A stretch of 62,578 nt of DNA, the filler included, from Nitrospirae bacterium CG2_30_53_67 (GTDB lineage Bacteria > CG2-30-53-67), in NCBI GenBank assembly GCA_001873285.1. It is 7 parts of 7 records of this genome, joined end to end, with 100 filler letters (N's around TTAATTAATTAA, not from the genome) between each part and the next. Parts side by side here need not be neighbours in the genome. Positions count along the whole stretch, not along the records: positions 50,285 to 56,630 come from MNYV01000102.1; positions 56,731 to 62,578 come from MNYV01000099.1; 5 more parts are not named here. One strand, given 5' to 3'. This document shows, one piece after another, positions 50,185 through 61,608 of the stretch. The position numbers were made by a program, and so were the translations under genes. The notes below the pieces were generated by a model. That model did not search any database. It was not told the DNA's origin and saw only the letters and a program-made list of their open reading frames with translations. The number at the start of each line of letters is the position of its first letter. Position 1 is the first letter of the stretch.

Positions 50185-50284
50185 NNNNNNNNNNNNNNNN
50201 NNNNNNNNNNNNNNNNNNNNNNNNNNNNTTAATTAATTAANNNNNNNNNNNNNNNNNNNNNNNNNNNNNNNNNNNNNNNNNNNN
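50185..50284. other. Artificial contig linker
   Basis: N44-TTAATTAATTAA-N44. Confidence 0.97.
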
Positions 50285-51217
50285 GTCCACAATCCCGGAC
50301 TTGAGCGCCGAGGCATGGACCTCGGCCCCTCCTTCGATCATGAGACTGCTGACCTCCATCACTCCGAGGTCTTCCAGGATCTGGACGAACTCGATCCTGT
50401 GCATCCCCTTTTTCGCGACCAGGACCGTGACGTTTCGTTCCTGATAGGCCTTAATCCTCTCCCGAGCTACGTCCCCTCCTGCAAAGATGAAGGTCTTGGC
50501 AGGGGAATCATTTACGATCACCCGGGCATCGAGCGGGGTCCTCAAGTGGGTATCCAGGATGATTCGGATCGGGTCCCTGCCCTGGCGTCCGGCGAGCCGG
50601 GTCGTCAGGCTCGGATTATCCGTGATGACCGTGTTGACGCCGACCAGGACCGCATCCACGGTGTCCCGGATTTCATGCGCTCGTTCCCGTGCGGCTTCTC
50701 CGGTGATCCACCTGGAGTCTCCGGTCCGGGTCGCAATCCTTCCATCCAGGGAGACCGCCGCCTTGAGGATCACAAAGGGGATCTTCTTCGTGATGTATTT
50801 GATGAAAAACTCGTTTAATTTTCGCGCCTCGTTCTCCAGTATCCCGACGTCCACCTTAATTCCGGCGTCCCTGAGCATCCGGATTCCCCTGCCGTTGACC
50901 AGCGGATTCGGGTCCTGCATGGCGGCCACCACACGGGCCACCCGGCTTCGGATGATGAAATCCACGCATGGAAGGGTCCGCCCCCGGTGGCAGCACGGCT
51001 CCAGGGTCACATACAGCGTGCTCCCCTGCGCGGCCATGCCGGCCTCATTCAGGGCGTGAATCTCAGCATGAGGTGTCCCGGCCTTCTGGTGGTAGCCCAT
51101 TCCGGCAACGGCCCCATCCTTGACCACGACCGCGCCGACCATGGGATTCGGCGATGTGCGCCCTCTACCCTGTTGGGCCAGATGCAAAGCCATTTTCATG
51201 TAATCCGTGTCATTCAT
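50285..51217 (-). CDS. ribD: Riboflavin biosynthesis deaminase/reductase RibD, 3' end lost at contig break
   Basis: SPNPMVGAV, HAE, TLEPCCH.GRTLPC, SLDG, WITG, IEGG. Confidence 0.96.
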
Positions 51218-51302
51218 TGATAAACTCGTTTAAATCATATAGATGAATATTTTTCCTCAAACGCATGATATTACAGATGAACTTCCTGCAAAACCGTCCA
51301 AA

Positions 51303-51334
51303 TAAAAAACCCGAAGCGTATAAACACTCCGGGC
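51303..51334 (-). terminator. Riboswitch expression-platform terminator
   Basis: Minus strand CCCGGAGTG...CGCTTCGGG-TTTTTT between the aptamer and ribD. Confidence 0.78.
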
Positions 51335-51360
51335 ATTCATTTCACACATAACTGTGCAAG

Positions 51361-51480
51361 CCTTCTTCCATCCAGACTGTCACTGTCGGCCCCGGAGTCT
51401 CACCGGATCAGTCCCCATGTTTACACGAGGAGTCGCGGGCTATACCGCCGATCGGGATTTTCACCCTGCCCTGAAGGTTT
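51361..51480 (-). ncRNA. FMN riboswitch (RFN element)
   Basis: Minus strand CTTCAGGGCAGGGTGAAAATCCCGATCGGCGGTATAGCCCGCGA...GATCCGGTGAGACTCCGGGGCCGACAGT..AGTCTGGATGGAAGAAG upstream of ribD. Confidence 0.96.
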
Positions 51481-51502
51481 ATACATATTCAAATTTGGAT
51501 AT

Positions 51503-51531
51503 ATCTTATGACCGGTGCAGATAAAAGTCAA
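51503..51531 (-). promoter_or_regulatory. sigma-70 promoter of the rib leader
   Basis: Minus strand TTGACT-17-TAAGAT. Confidence 0.65.
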
Positions 51532-51694
51532 GCCTTTTTTCAAACAAGCCTTTTTCGGTCTGATGAGAACCGGGCAGAGCGTCCCTGCTCCCGTGATCTC
51601 AGGAGGTTGAACCCAAAGATTCTCTTGTCAACTTCAATGGAATTCTCTATATATTAGGGGATACGGATTTAAAGAGATCATCTCAGGAAAAATT

Positions 51695-53042
51695 ATGCAG
51701 CGGTTCTTCATGTTCAGTGGCGCTTTTCTTCGCGCCATGCAATTCAGTTTCCTGGTTATGGTTATTGTGCCAAGCGCTGCATCTTCTGAACCCCCGATCA
51801 TGGAAGCCCATGCTTCTATCACCTATCCCATTTCTTCTCCGTATTATCCTATTGTCCTCAGAGGAAAAGACCTTCCGTCTCTTCATGATGTTCCCATAGG
51901 ACGGATTTCCCTGTATGCAGCCCATGGGGCACAAATCAAACCGATCCCCTTCCAGATCGATCGCCGTGATAAAAAAGGACGGTTCGAAATCCCAGTTGAC
52001 CAGGAGGGCAAGACATTTGAGAAACGCCAACCCCTGGACGAAAACGACGAGTGCGTGTTCATGTCTTCGGATATCGGTGAGAAAATAGAGTCAATCCCTG
52101 ATGTGGCGCGGATCGAAGGAGCCACGGGCATCGAGATGACAGACCCCGGCACCGGCCGGCACGGGTGGGTCTATGCATTGGTCTTTCAAGGGGCGCCCCC
52201 CGGAGGTTGCCGATCATGATTATGTTTCCTACAACCCTGCAGATGACTCTGTCGAATCCAATGTCTACCGGATCGCGTTTTCAAAGAAGAAACCCTTTCT
52301 CGTGGACACCCTCCTTCAGAAAGATGAGGTGAGTCATCAATATAGCAAAAATTTTTCAGATACCATGAAAATCAGACATAAAGGGAAGCTCTTCCACCAA
52401 TTTGAATTCCTGAGAACCCAGGATGACTACACCTCCCGGCTGGCGGCTGTCAAGGACGGACCCGTCCGGGTCATCCGAAGAACAGAGAACAGGGTCCGCG
52501 TCCTCTGGAAATTTCGCACCCCCGACATTACCATTGATTATGTCCATTACGCCAATGCCTTTTTTGTGAACACCTCCATTGATGTCCCCTTCAGACCCGG
52601 ATGGTTCCTTTCGGATATGGCTACCCTGATGACCATGGACGGCAACGACGATCCGTCGCTGCCTCAAGCCAGCCTTTTCAGTAACTCGTTCCAGGACGGG
52701 CTCGTCATCAACGGAAGGGTGACGGAAGAGAAGAAACGATTCAATGCCTCCGGTGACAAATATTTCGTTCTGTCCAGCGCCTACGGGAAAATATTAGTCA
52801 GGCTGGATATTCAAAAAGGCTCCCCCATTCAAGACAAGGTCTACCTGATGGACGACAGGAACGTCCCTGACCCTCCGGAAAATATTCCCGGCCAGTTCGG
52901 CAACGTGGGTTTTCTTTTAAGGGGCTGGGAAAATCTGGATGTCTCCGTCCAGCGATTGTGCATGGCCGTTTATCTGATCCGGGATGTCTCCGTGCAACAG
53001 GGTCTGGAGACATTGAAAAACGCCCCTTCCTTTATGAACTGA
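51695..53042 (+). pseudogene. Exported hypothetical protein split by a frameshift in a C6 run
   Basis: ORFs 51695-52219 and 52173-53042 fuse as ...VFQGAPPEVADHDYVSY... if one C is removed from 52196-52201. Confidence 0.7.
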
Positions 53043-53280
53043 GACATAACCGAATGAAAGGATACGGATGCACATCCCGATAAAACCGCTATCGTAATGA
53101 TAGCTAGTATTTTATATTTCATATGTGGCCGCGAAGCACGGCTGACTGATACTGAGCCAACAGTCTCGGATCATCAATCGACCCATGATGATGGACCTGT
53201 TTCCACTTGCCGTCAATTTTACTGATATAGGTTGGTATGACCATACTTGCTTTGGGAACCATATCGTGCCCCGCCGGATT

Positions 53281-55566
53281 TCATAACGGCGCTTTCCTGA
53301 GCCTGAGGGCGTTGCTGATGACCGACACGGAGCTGAAACTCATGGCCGCCGCCGCAATAATGGGAGAGAGCAGCCATCCGAAAGCCGGATATAGCAGACC
53401 GGCAGCCACCGGCACGCCGACCGAATTATAGATAAAGGCGAAGAAGAGATTCTGACGGATGTTGCGCATGGTCGCACGGCTGAGAAGTCTTGCGCGCACA
53501 ATGCCTCGAAGGTCGCCCTTGATCAGGGTGACGCCGGCGCTTTCCATGGCCACGTCCGTGCCTGTGCCCATGGCGATGCCGACATCCGCCTGCGCCAGCG
53601 CCGGCGCATCGTTGATGCCGTCGCCGGCCATGGCCACCACCCGTCCTTCAGCCTGAAGTTTCTTGACCACCTCCGCTTTTTGTTCCGGCAACACTTCAGC
53701 CTGGACCTGATCAATCCCCAGCTTGCGTGCAACGGCTTCGGCTGTCCTGCGGTTGTCGCCCGTGAGCATGACGATCCTGATCCCTTGGGAATGCAAGGCT
53801 CGTATGGCATCAGGGGTGGAGTCCTTGATCGGGTCGGAGACACTGAGCAGACCGGCAGCCTTATCGTCGATACTGACGAACATGACAGTATGACCTTCAG
53901 CCCGAAGGTCGTCGGCCTGTTTTGAAAGATCGCCTGCACGAATACCGAGGCTTTCCAGGAGCTTGATGTTGCCCAGAGCGACCTTGTGCCCTTGGATGTC
54001 GCCTGTGACGCCCTTTCCGGTCACCGACTGGAAGTTGTTGACCTGAGTGAGCTCCATGCCCTTGTTTCGAGCGCCCCGTACGATCGCCTCTGCAAGCGGG
54101 TGTTCGCTCCCCTGCTCAAGGCTGGCGGCCAACCGGAGCGCCCGCTCTTCATCAGCGCCGGCAACTGTTTTTACGATGACCAGTTCCGGTTTTCCCTGGG
54201 TCAGGGTTCCGGTTTTATCCACGACCAGGGTATCCACCTTTTCCATGATCTCCAAGGCTTCGGCATTCCTGATCAATACACCGGCCATGGCGCCCCTGCC
54301 CGTACCCACCATAATGGATATGGGCGTTGCCAGTCCGAGCGCGCAAGGGCAGGCGATGATCATAACGGCCACGGCATTGACGACGGCATGGGCCAGTCTG
54401 GGTTCCGGTCCCCACAGGCCCCAAATCAGGAAGGTCAAGACGGCGATGATGATCACAGCCGGAACAAAGTATCCCGAGACCACGTCGGCCAATTTCTGGA
54501 TGGGGGCTCGTGAGCGCTGTGCCTCGGCAACCATGTTGACAATCCGTGACAACAGGGTATCGGCGCCGACCTTCTCCGCCCGCATCACCAGGCTTCCCGT
54601 ACCGTTGATCGTCGCGCCGATCAGCCTGTCCCCGGAGATTTTTGTTACTGCCATAGGCTCGCCGGTAACCATGGATTCATCCACATGGCTTGCGCCGTCA
54701 AGCACGGTGCCGTCCACCGGTATCTTCTCACCGGGCCGCACGTGAAGCCTATCGCCCGGCTGGACCTCCTTCAGCGGGATCTCCTCTTCCCTGCCGTCAT
54801 CATGGATGATGCGGGCGGTATTCGGCGCCAGGCCCAGTAACAACCGCATCGCGGCGTTGGTGCGTGAACGGGCGCGCAGTTCGAGCACCTGCCCCAGGAG
54901 CACCAAAGCGGTGATCATGGCCGCCGCTTCGAAATAGACATCCACGGCGCCGCCTTGCATCTGCATGACGGGCGGAAAGATATGCGGAAAGAAGAGCGCA
55001 ACCACGCTGTAAATCCAGGCCACCGAGACACCGAGACCAATCAGGGTGAACATATTCAGATTCCATGTCAGAACCGACTTCCAGCCTCGAACGAAAAACG
55101 GCCGGCCCCCCCAGAGCACGACCGGCGAAGCCAATGCAAACTCCATCCATTGAACCATACGCATGGAGAGTCCTTCCGGCAGCAGTGAGGGCCAAAGATC
55201 CGCCGTCATGGCAAGCAGAAATAACGGCGCCGACAGGATCGCACTCACCCAGAATCGCCGGGTCATGTCGAGAAGCTCCGGGTTTTCTTCTTCCGTTGGG
55301 ACCATTCTCGGCTCCAGCGCCATGCCGCACTTCGGACAGTCGCCCGGAGAGGATTCCCGGATCTCAGGATGCATGGGGCAGGTGTAAACGGCTCTCCTCT
55401 CTCCCTTCTTTTCAGGCGCCGCCGGTTCTTGTTCCAGATATGGCTCCGGGTTCTCCTTGAACTTGTGCAGGCAGTGTTCACAGCAAAAGTAAAAATGTTC
55501 CCCGGCATGTTCATGATGATATTTGGAATCACTTGTGACCTTCATTCCACAGACAACATCTTTCAT
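53281..55566 (-). CDS. copA: Cu(I)-translocating P1B-type ATPase with YHS and heavy-metal-binding N-terminal domains
   Basis: DVVCGM...[50 protein letters not shown]...MSFSS; AGGAG RBS before 55566. Confidence 0.93.
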   Translation of the reverse strand: MKDVVCGMKVTSDSKYHHEHAGEHFYFCCEHCLHKFKENPEPYLEQEPAAPEKKGERRAVYTCPMHPEIRESSPGDCPKCGMALEPRMVPTEEENPELLDMTRRFWVSAILSAPLFLLAMTADLWPSLLPEGLSMRMVQWMEFALASPVVLWGGRPFFVRGWKSVLTWNLNMFTLIGLGVSVAWIYSVVALFFPHIFPPVMQMQGGAVDVYFEAAAMITALVLLGQVLELRARSRTNAAMRLLLGLAPNTARIIHDDGREEEIPLKEVQPGDRLHVRPGEKIPVDGTVLDGASHVDESMVTGEPMAVTKISGDRLIGATINGTGSLVMRAEKVGADTLLSRIVNMVAEAQRSRAPIQKLADVVSGYFVPAVIIIAVLTFLIWGLWGPEPRLAHAVVNAVAVMIIACPCALGLATPISIMVGTGRGAMAGVLIRNAEALEIMEKVDTLVVDKTGTLTQGKPELVIVKTVAGADEERALRLAASLEQGSEHPLAEAIVRGARNKGMELTQVNNFQSVTGKGVTGDIQGHKVALGNIKLLESLGIRAGDLSKQADDLRAEGHTVMFVSIDDKAAGLLSVSDPIKDSTPDAIRALHSQGIRIVMLTGDNRRTAEAVARKLGIDQVQAEVLPEQKAEVVKKLQAEGRVVAMAGDGINDAPALAQADVGIAMGTGTDVAMESAGVTLIKGDLRGIVRARLLSRATMRNIRQNLFFAFIYNSVGVPVAAGLLYPAFGWLLSPIIAAAAMSFSSVSVISNALRLRKAPL

Positions 55567-55606
55567 ATTTGTATTCTCTCCTGCATGGCGTTTCGTGTCA
55601 GTTTGA

Positions 55607-56098
55607 TCATTCTTGTTTGGCCACACCTGAAACCAGGACTTTCCCGACGATTTTCATTTCAAGGTAATCGAGACTCCTCTCAAAGAATTGAACCAGGAGA
55701 TCGGCTGTTTCGTATTTTTTATCTTCGAACGGCACAGCCAAGACTGCCGATTTGCCCTTGATCCCCTTTCTATTCTCGGGACAATTGAAATAGACGAATC
55801 TATCCATGAAACATTTCATGAGACCCGTTGGACCGTACCAATATACGGGTGTTCCAAAAACAAGCACATCGCTTTCAATGATTTTAGGATAAATTTCATT
55901 CATATCATCCTTCTTGCTGCATCTCTTTCCTTTCCAGCAACGATGACATCCATCACACTCCTGGATCCGCAAGTCTTTCAGGAAAAGCAGATCCGTTGCC
56001 GCTCCATGAAGCTTGGCCCCGGACAGAATTTGTGAAACAAGAATGTGTGTATTGCCATGTTTCCGAGGACTGCCGACGATTCCCAATACTTTTTTCAT
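55607..56098 (-). CDS. Flavodoxin-fold iron-sulfur flavoprotein (NADPH-dependent FMN reductase family)
   Basis: [16 protein letters not shown]...C, GTPVYW, MKCFMDR. Confidence 0.88.
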   Translation of the reverse strand: MKKVLGIVGSPRKHGNTHILVSQILSGAKLHGAATDLLFLKDLRIQECDGCHRCWKGKRCSKKDDMNEIYPKIIESDVLVFGTPVYWYGPTGLMKCFMDRFVYFNCPENRKGIKGKSAVLAVPFEDKKYETADLLVQFFERSLDYLEMKIVGKVLVSGVAKQE

Positions 56099-56194
56099 TG
56101 ATCAATCCCAAACCTGAATGAAGGATTAGAGGTAATAGATAAACGCCATATTCCCATTTATTAATAGTCTCGAAATAGAATAGACATGGTTCAT

Positions 56195-56298
56195 GAAATC
56201 TCCCCCTACCCCTCTTTTCCAAAGAAGGGGAAATTCCTCCCTTTGACAAAGGGAGGTTGGAGCCTGCCCTCGAATGGGTTTATCGAGGGAGGGATTTT
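56195..56298. repeat. Palindromic intergenic repeat with a nested GCCTGCCCTCG hairpin unit
   Basis: AAATCTCCC...CTCCCTTTGACAAAGGGAG...GGGATTT; inner unit resembles sequence at 9336, 9595, 50088 and 58152. Confidence 0.55.
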
Positions 56299-56414
56299 CG
56301 ATATGATGTCGTTTCTATTATGAGAACCTTAATATATCGTATTTTACAGGCATTTTCAACTCGTCAAAAACTTCTTGAAGTTGATCTATCCCCTATCTTT
56401 ACTTTAAGCGGCCC

Positions 56415-56630
56415 TGAGGTGGTCAAGTAAAAATGGACACTTATTTAAGCGGCCTTTCTTAAAAGCCACATACGCTCGTACTCCCTGGGACTCAGATATC
56501 CAAGATAAGAATGACGCCGTTTACTATTATAGAACATCTCGATGTAGTCAACGATGTCTGTCCTGGCTTCGTTCCTGGTATTGTAATTTGTGAAAAATAC
56601 CCGTTCTGTTTTCAGGCTGCCAAAGAAACT
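56415..56630 (-). mobile_element. IS3-family insertion sequence, right end with transposase C-terminus
   Basis: Manual translation SFFGSLKTERV...ARTDIVDYIEMFYNSKRRHSYLGYLSPREYE...* (stop 56445-56447), then IRR GTGTCCATTTTTACTTGACCACCTCA ending in CA. Confidence 0.88.
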
Positions 56631-56730
56631 NNNNNNNNNNNNNNNNNNNNNNNNNNNNNNNNNNNNNNNNNNNNTTAATTAATTAANNNNNNNNNNNNNN
56701 NNNNNNNNNNNNNNNNNNNNNNNNNNNNNN
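56631..56730. other. Artificial contig linker
   Basis: N44-TTAATTAATTAA-N44. Confidence 0.97.
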
Positions 56731-56821
56731 TGCAGTTTCTGAACGGGAGGAAAAAACTGGATGGGTATCCGGTTTTTTCGTTGATGAAATTTTAACAGTT
56801 ACTATTTGAATGGAGATGCTT

Positions 56822-58009
56822 ATGCCTGAGAGATACCTGTTTACGTCGGAGTCCGTCACCGAAGGCCACCCGGACAAGATCGCCGATCAGATCTCCGATT
56901 CCATCCTGGATGCCATCCTGGACCAGGACCCGAACGGCCATGTGGCTTGCGAAACCCTGGTCACCACGGGGCTGGCCCTTGTGGCCGGCGAGATCACCAC
57001 GACCTGTTACGTGGATATTCCCAGGGTCGTGCGGGAGACCATCAAGGACCTGGGATATACGCGGGCCAAATACGGTTTCGACTACGAGACCTGCGCGGTG
57101 GTCACCTCCATCCAGGAGCAGTCCCCGGATATCGCCATGGGAGTCAACCGGGGAAAGGAAGAAGAGCAGGGGGCCGGCGATCAGGGCTTGATGTTCGGTT
57201 ATGCCACGAATGAGACCCCGGAGTATATGCCGCTTCCCATCAGTCTGGCCCACAAACTGACCCGGAAGCTTGCCGAACTCCGCAAAGAGGACGTCCTCGA
57301 ATACCTCCGGCCCGACGGTAAGTCTCAAGTGACCGTGGAATATGAGAATGGGACTCCGAAACGGGTACATACCATTGTCATATCCACGCAGCACAGCCCG
57401 GATGTGACGCTCAAAGAGATTCGGGAAGACATGATTGAGAAGGTCATCAAACCGGTCATCCCGCCGGATCTGCTCGATGAGGAAAATATTACTTACCATA
57501 TCAACCCGACCGGGCGTTTCGTGGTCGGCGGTCCTCAGGGGGACTGCGGCCTGACCGGGAGAAAGATCATCGTCGATACCTACGGCGGCGTGGGAAGCCA
57601 CGGGGGCGGATGTTTCTCAGGCAAAGATCCTTCCAAGGTGGACCGTTCCGGCGCCTACATGGCCCGATATATCGCCAAGAATATTGTGGCCGCGGGAATC
57701 GCCAAGAAATGCGAGATCCAGCTTGCCTATGCCATCGGCGTGGCCCAGCCGGTTTCCGTGCATATCGACGGCTACGGCACCGAGAAGATCCCTCACCAGA
57801 AGATCGTAGAGATGGTACGCAAACTCTTTGATATGCGTCCCGCCAAGATTATTAAAAAGCTCGACCTCAAACGGCCGATCTACAAAGCCACTGCGGCGTA
57901 TGGGCATTTCGGCAGAAGCCCCGAAGGGATCCTCTGGCGCAAAGGAGACGGCTTTACCTGGGAGAAGACCGACATGGCCGATGAGTTGAGGCGGCTGGCG
58001 GGACTGTAA
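56822..58009 (+). CDS. metK: S-adenosylmethionine synthetase
   Basis: [40 protein letters not shown]. Confidence 0.98.
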   Translation: MPERYLFTSESVTEGHPDKIADQISDSILDAILDQDPNGHVACETLVTTGLALVAGEITTTCYVDIPRVVRETIKDLGYTRAKYGFDYETCAVVTSIQEQSPDIAMGVNRGKEEEQGAGDQGLMFGYATNETPEYMPLPISLAHKLTRKLAELRKEDVLEYLRPDGKSQVTVEYENGTPKRVHTIVISTQHSPDVTLKEIREDMIEKVIKPVIPPDLLDEENITYHINPTGRFVVGGPQGDCGLTGRKIIVDTYGGVGSHGGGCFSGKDPSKVDRSGAYMARYIAKNIVAAGIAKKCEIQLAYAIGVAQPVSVHIDGYGTEKIPHQKIVEMVRKLFDMRPAKIIKKLDLKRPIYKATAAYGHFGRSPEGILWRKGDGFTWEKTDMADELRRLAGL

Positions 58010-58103
58010 AACAGTAGGCAGTAGATATATATCATTGCATAATTAAAGCGGCATAAATGTTATTCTTAACGTTGCATAGTATACTTATCTTGTCTGCGCT
58101 GTC

Positions 58104-58269
58104 GTCATTGCCCGACCCTCCGATCAAGTCGGAAGGCAAGCTTAATCGTGGGATCGGAGGGCATGCTTGATCGGGCAATCCATGGTTCGACAAGCTCGCC
58201 ATGACAATTGTCACCCTGAGCCTGTCGAAGGGTGGATTCTCCGGTCAAACCGGAGGAGGAGAATGACAA
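58104..58269. repeat. Family C REP-like element, reverse orientation, between metK and ahcY
   Basis: CCATGGTTCGACAAGCTC...CCCTGAGCCTGTCGAAGGGTGGATT is the reverse complement of the units at 2241-2300 and 9521-9580. Confidence 0.8.
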
Positions 58270-58299
58270 TATGCAGCCTTAATAGAGGAAGGAGTTGTG

Positions 58300-59577
58300 A
58301 TGAGTACGGAAATAAAAGCAAGGTGTGATGTGGCGGCCCCGGAGCGCGCCGCGGAAGGAAAGCGAAGGATCGAGTGGGCCGATCAGGATATGCCGGTGCT
58401 CCGGGAGGTGCGGAGACGGTTTGAAAAAGAACTTCCCTTGAAGGGGATGAAGATGTCGGCCTGTCTTCACGTGACCGCAGAGACGGCCAACCTGGTCCGG
58501 ACGCTCAAGGCGGGCGGGGCCGATCTCCTGCTCTGCGCATCCAATCCCCTCTCCACGCAGGATGATGTGGCCGCGGCCCTTGTTCAGGAATACGGTATCC
58601 CGGTTTTTGCAAAGAAAGGCGAGGATCGGGACACCTTTTACCGGCATATCGAGGCGGCCGTGGCGCACAGCCCCAACATGACCATGGATGACGGTGCGGA
58701 TCTCGTCTCGTCGATCCTTTCCAGGCATCCGGAACTGGCCGGGCAGATCGTCGCGAGCATGGAGGAGACGACCACCGGCGTGATCCGGCTCAAGGCCATG
58801 GAGAGGGACCATGCCCTTCTCTTCCCGATCATTGCGGTTAATGACGCGGACACCAAACATCTCTTCGACAACCGTTACGGCACCGGCCAGTCCACGGTGG
58901 ACGGCATTATCCGCGCCACGGACATCCTCCTCGCCGGCAAGACCGTGGTAGCGGCAGGGTACGGCTGGTGCGGCAGGGGATTTGCCATGCGGGCCAAAGG
59001 CATGGGCGCCAACGTGATCGTTACGGAGGTGGATCCGATCAAGGCGATTGAAGCGGCCATGGACGGCTTTCGGGTGATGCCGATGATTGAAGCGGCCCGG
59101 CGGGCCGACCTGATCTGTACGTTGACCGGTGACATCCACGTGGTCCGGGCGGAACATTTCAAGGTGATGAAGAACGGCTGTATGATCTGCAACTCAGGCC
59201 ACTTTGACGTGGAGATTGATCTTGTGGCCTTGAAGAAGACGGCCGTAACGGTCCGAGAGGGTGTGAGGAACTTTGTGGATGAATATATGATGGACGATGG
59301 AAGAAAGATCTTCGTCCTTGCCGAGGGGAGACTGATCAATCTCTCGGCTGCGGAAGGGCATCCGGCGTGCGTCATGGATATGAGTTTTTCCACGCAGGCA
59401 CTGGCCTCGGAATACGCCGTGAAGAACAAGGGGAAACTGGGCAAGAAGGTCTACGATGTTCCCAAGGAAATCGATTCCTGGGTCGCCTCTCTGAAACTCA
59501 AGACCATGGGGATCAGCATCGATCAACTGACTGATGAACAGAAAAAGTATCTCTCTTCATGGGATATGGGGACGTAA
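58300..59577 (+). CDS. ahcY: Adenosylhomocysteinase
   Basis: CLHVTAETA, SNPLSTQD, EETTTG, FDNRYGTGQS, GYGWCGRG, GHPACVMDMSF. Confidence 0.98.
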   Translation: MSTEIKARCDVAAPERAAEGKRRIEWADQDMPVLREVRRRFEKELPLKGMKMSACLHVTAETANLVRTLKAGGADLLLCASNPLSTQDDVAAALVQEYGIPVFAKKGEDRDTFYRHIEAAVAHSPNMTMDDGADLVSSILSRHPELAGQIVASMEETTTGVIRLKAMERDHALLFPIIAVNDADTKHLFDNRYGTGQSTVDGIIRATDILLAGKTVVAAGYGWCGRGFAMRAKGMGANVIVTEVDPIKAIEAAMDGFRVMPMIEAARRADLICTLTGDIHVVRAEHFKVMKNGCMICNSGHFDVEIDLVALKKTAVTVREGVRNFVDEYMMDDGRKIFVLAEGRLINLSAAEGHPACVMDMSFSTQALASEYAVKNKGKLGKKVYDVPKEIDSWVASLKLKTMGISIDQLTDEQKKYLSSWDMGT

Positions 59578-59584
59578 AGAATTA

Positions 59585-59931
59585 GGATCATCTCCAAAAG
59601 AGTGGGTGAAAACATCAGGGGTCAAGCCCCGTCAGAAGTTTCACAAATAAATAAAGTGGATCAAAAAGCACAAGGAATACTGTAAAGAACGGAACTTCTA
59701 ACGGGGCAAGGGGTCAAGGATTCCAGGGGTCAAGTGAAGTGCTTTTCAAGACTTGAGGGTCCGAGGGTCCAAGGATTCAAGGGGTCGAGTGAAGTGCTAA
59801 AAACATCAGTGGTCAAGGGTTTTAGTGTTTTTCTCTGAAGATTTTGCTTGCGTTCTTGTACTCGGTTTACCGGTATCAGTATTTCACTTGACCCCTTGAA
59901 CCCTGGAATCCTCGAACCCTTTTTACCCACT
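59585..59931. mobile_element. Family A element with a nested 82-bp MITE
   Basis: GGATCATCTCCAAAAGAGTGGGTGAAAAC terminus; right part nearly identical to the reverse complement of 13238-13345. Confidence 0.85.
59626..59707. mobile_element. MITE, 82 bp, 15-bp TIRs, probable AA duplication
   Basis: GCCCCGTCAGAAGTT ... AACTTCTAACGGGGC (14/15) splits GGGGTCAA|GGGGTCAA and adds AA. Confidence 0.78.
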
Positions 59932-59973
59932 TTTGCATTTTGATCTTTGGTTTTTTATCTTTCTTTGGAAACC

Positions 59974-61608
59974 ATGTCTCTATTGCTGAGTGAAATTCGG
60001 CTGACGCCTGACCAGGATGCCTTGGATCTGAAACAGGTTGTGGCCGGTCTCATGCAGATACCCCTCGCCGAGATCATGTCTTTCCGGATTGTCCGCAGGT
60101 CCATTGATGCGCGTCAGGATGTGCGGATCCTCTATCAGATAGAGATTTCCGTTCCGGATGAGGAGAACCTGCTCCGGAGATTCCGGGAAACCGGCGGGGT
60201 GCGGGTCGAGCGCGCAAAACCCTCACCGGTCTTCCCGCTCATAAGACCCATCCGGTTTGAAACAAGGCCTGTGGTCATCGGATTCGGTCCGGCGGGGATT
60301 TTTGCCTCCCTGATCCTCGCCCGTTCCGGGGCGAAACCCATCATCCTGGAACGGGGGCGCCGCATGAAGGAACGCATCGGGGACGTGCAGGCCTTCTGGT
60401 CTGAAGGGGCTTTCCTCCCCGACAGCAATGTCTGTTTCGGCGAAGGCGGAGCGGGGACGTTTTCGGACGGGAAACTCACGACCGGAAAGAGAGCCCGGGA
60501 GATCCCCTGGATTCTGCAGGAACTGGTTGATGCAGGAGCGCCCTCGGAGATCCTTTATGAATCCCACCCGCATATCGGAACCGACCGGCTGAGGAGCGTG
60601 ATCGTCACCCTTCGTGAAAAAATCGAATCCGCAGGCGGTGAGGTTCGATTCAAAAGCCGGATGACGGACCTCGTGGTTTCCGACGGCGTGGCGCGGGGCG
60701 TCATCGTCAACCATCAGCAGGAGATCGAGACCGATACCGTCATTCTCGCCCTGGGTCACGGGGCCGGGGATACCCTTGAGGCACTCCTTGGATCCGGGGT
60801 CCGGATGGAACCCAAACCGCTGGCCGTGGGGCTGCGCATAGAACACCCGCAGGAAATCATCGACCGGGCGCAGTACGGCCGGTGGGCGGGACACAGGCGC
60901 CTTGGCCCCGCGGATTACCGTTTGACCTTCCGGGATAAGATTCTGGGCCGCGGGGTTTATTCCTTCTGCATGTGCCCCGGCGGGAAGGTGATCGCGGCGA
61001 ATGCAGAGCCGGAAAGCGTGGTCACGAACGGGATGAGTTCTTATCACAGAGCAAGCGGCCATGCCAACAGCGGTCTGGTCGTCACCGTTCATGGAGATGA
61101 TTTCGGCGGTTCTCAGCCGCTCTCCGGCCTTGCCTTTCTCCGAGGAATGGAGAAGGCCGCCTTTCAAATGGGGGGAGGGGATTATTCGGCCCCGGCGCAG
61201 CGGGTCACGGACTTTCTGCGGGACAAGAGATCTGCGGCGCTCCCTCCGGTGACCTATCGTCCCGGCGTGGTCCCGGCGGATCTCATGGGGCTGCTCCCGG
61301 ATTTTGTCACCCAGGGTCTCAAGCGGGCCCTTTATGCATGGGGGCGCAGGATTTCAGGATTCCTCTCGGATGAGGCCGTGCTGATCGGGATTGAGACCCG
61401 GACCTCCTCCCCGGTGCGGATGCTCAGGGGTGGAGATTACGCCTCCATCAGCGTGAAAGGGCTCTATCCCGTGGGAGAAGGGGCCGGTTACGCCGGGGGG
61501 ATTGTCAGCTCAGCCCTGGATGGGGTACAATGTATACGATCTATTTTGCAAAGCAAGGGGATCAAGAGACATGAGAGCGAAGTTCAGGAACACGGAATAC
61601 GGCGTTGA
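59974..61608 (+). CDS. Uncharacterized FAD-dependent dehydrogenase (COG2509-like)
   Basis: RRSIDAR, IGFGPAG, FGEGGAGTFSDGKL, PHIGTD, SFCMCPGG, ETRTSSP, GEGAGYAGGIVS. Confidence 0.9.
   Translation: MSLLLSEIRLTPDQDALDLKQVVAGLMQIPLAEIMSFRIVRRSIDARQDVRILYQIEISVPDEENLLRRFRETGGVRVERAKPSPVFPLIRPIRFETRPVVIGFGPAGIFASLILARSGAKPIILERGRRMKERIGDVQAFWSEGAFLPDSNVCFGEGGAGTFSDGKLTTGKRAREIPWILQELVDAGAPSEILYESHPHIGTDRLRSVIVTLREKIESAGGEVRFKSRMTDLVVSDGVARGVIVNHQQEIETDTVILALGHGAGDTLEALLGSGVRMEPKPLAVGLRIEHPQEIIDRAQYGRWAGHRRLGPADYRLTFRDKILGRGVYSFCMCPGGKVIAANAEPESVVTNGMSSYHRASGHANSGLVVTVHGDDFGGSQPLSGLAFLRGMEKAAFQMGGGDYSAPAQRVTDFLRDKRSAALPPVTYRPGVVPADLMGLLPDFVTQGLKRALYAWGRRISGFLSDEAVLIGIETRTSSPVRMLRGGDYASISVKGLYPVGEGAGYAGGIVSSALDGVQCIRSILQSKGIKRHESEVQEHGIRR

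Noticed and set aside
56731..56821. SAM riboswitch upstream of metK
   Set aside because: Only 90 nt are available after the contig break and no SAM-I or SAM-II core motif is recognisable.
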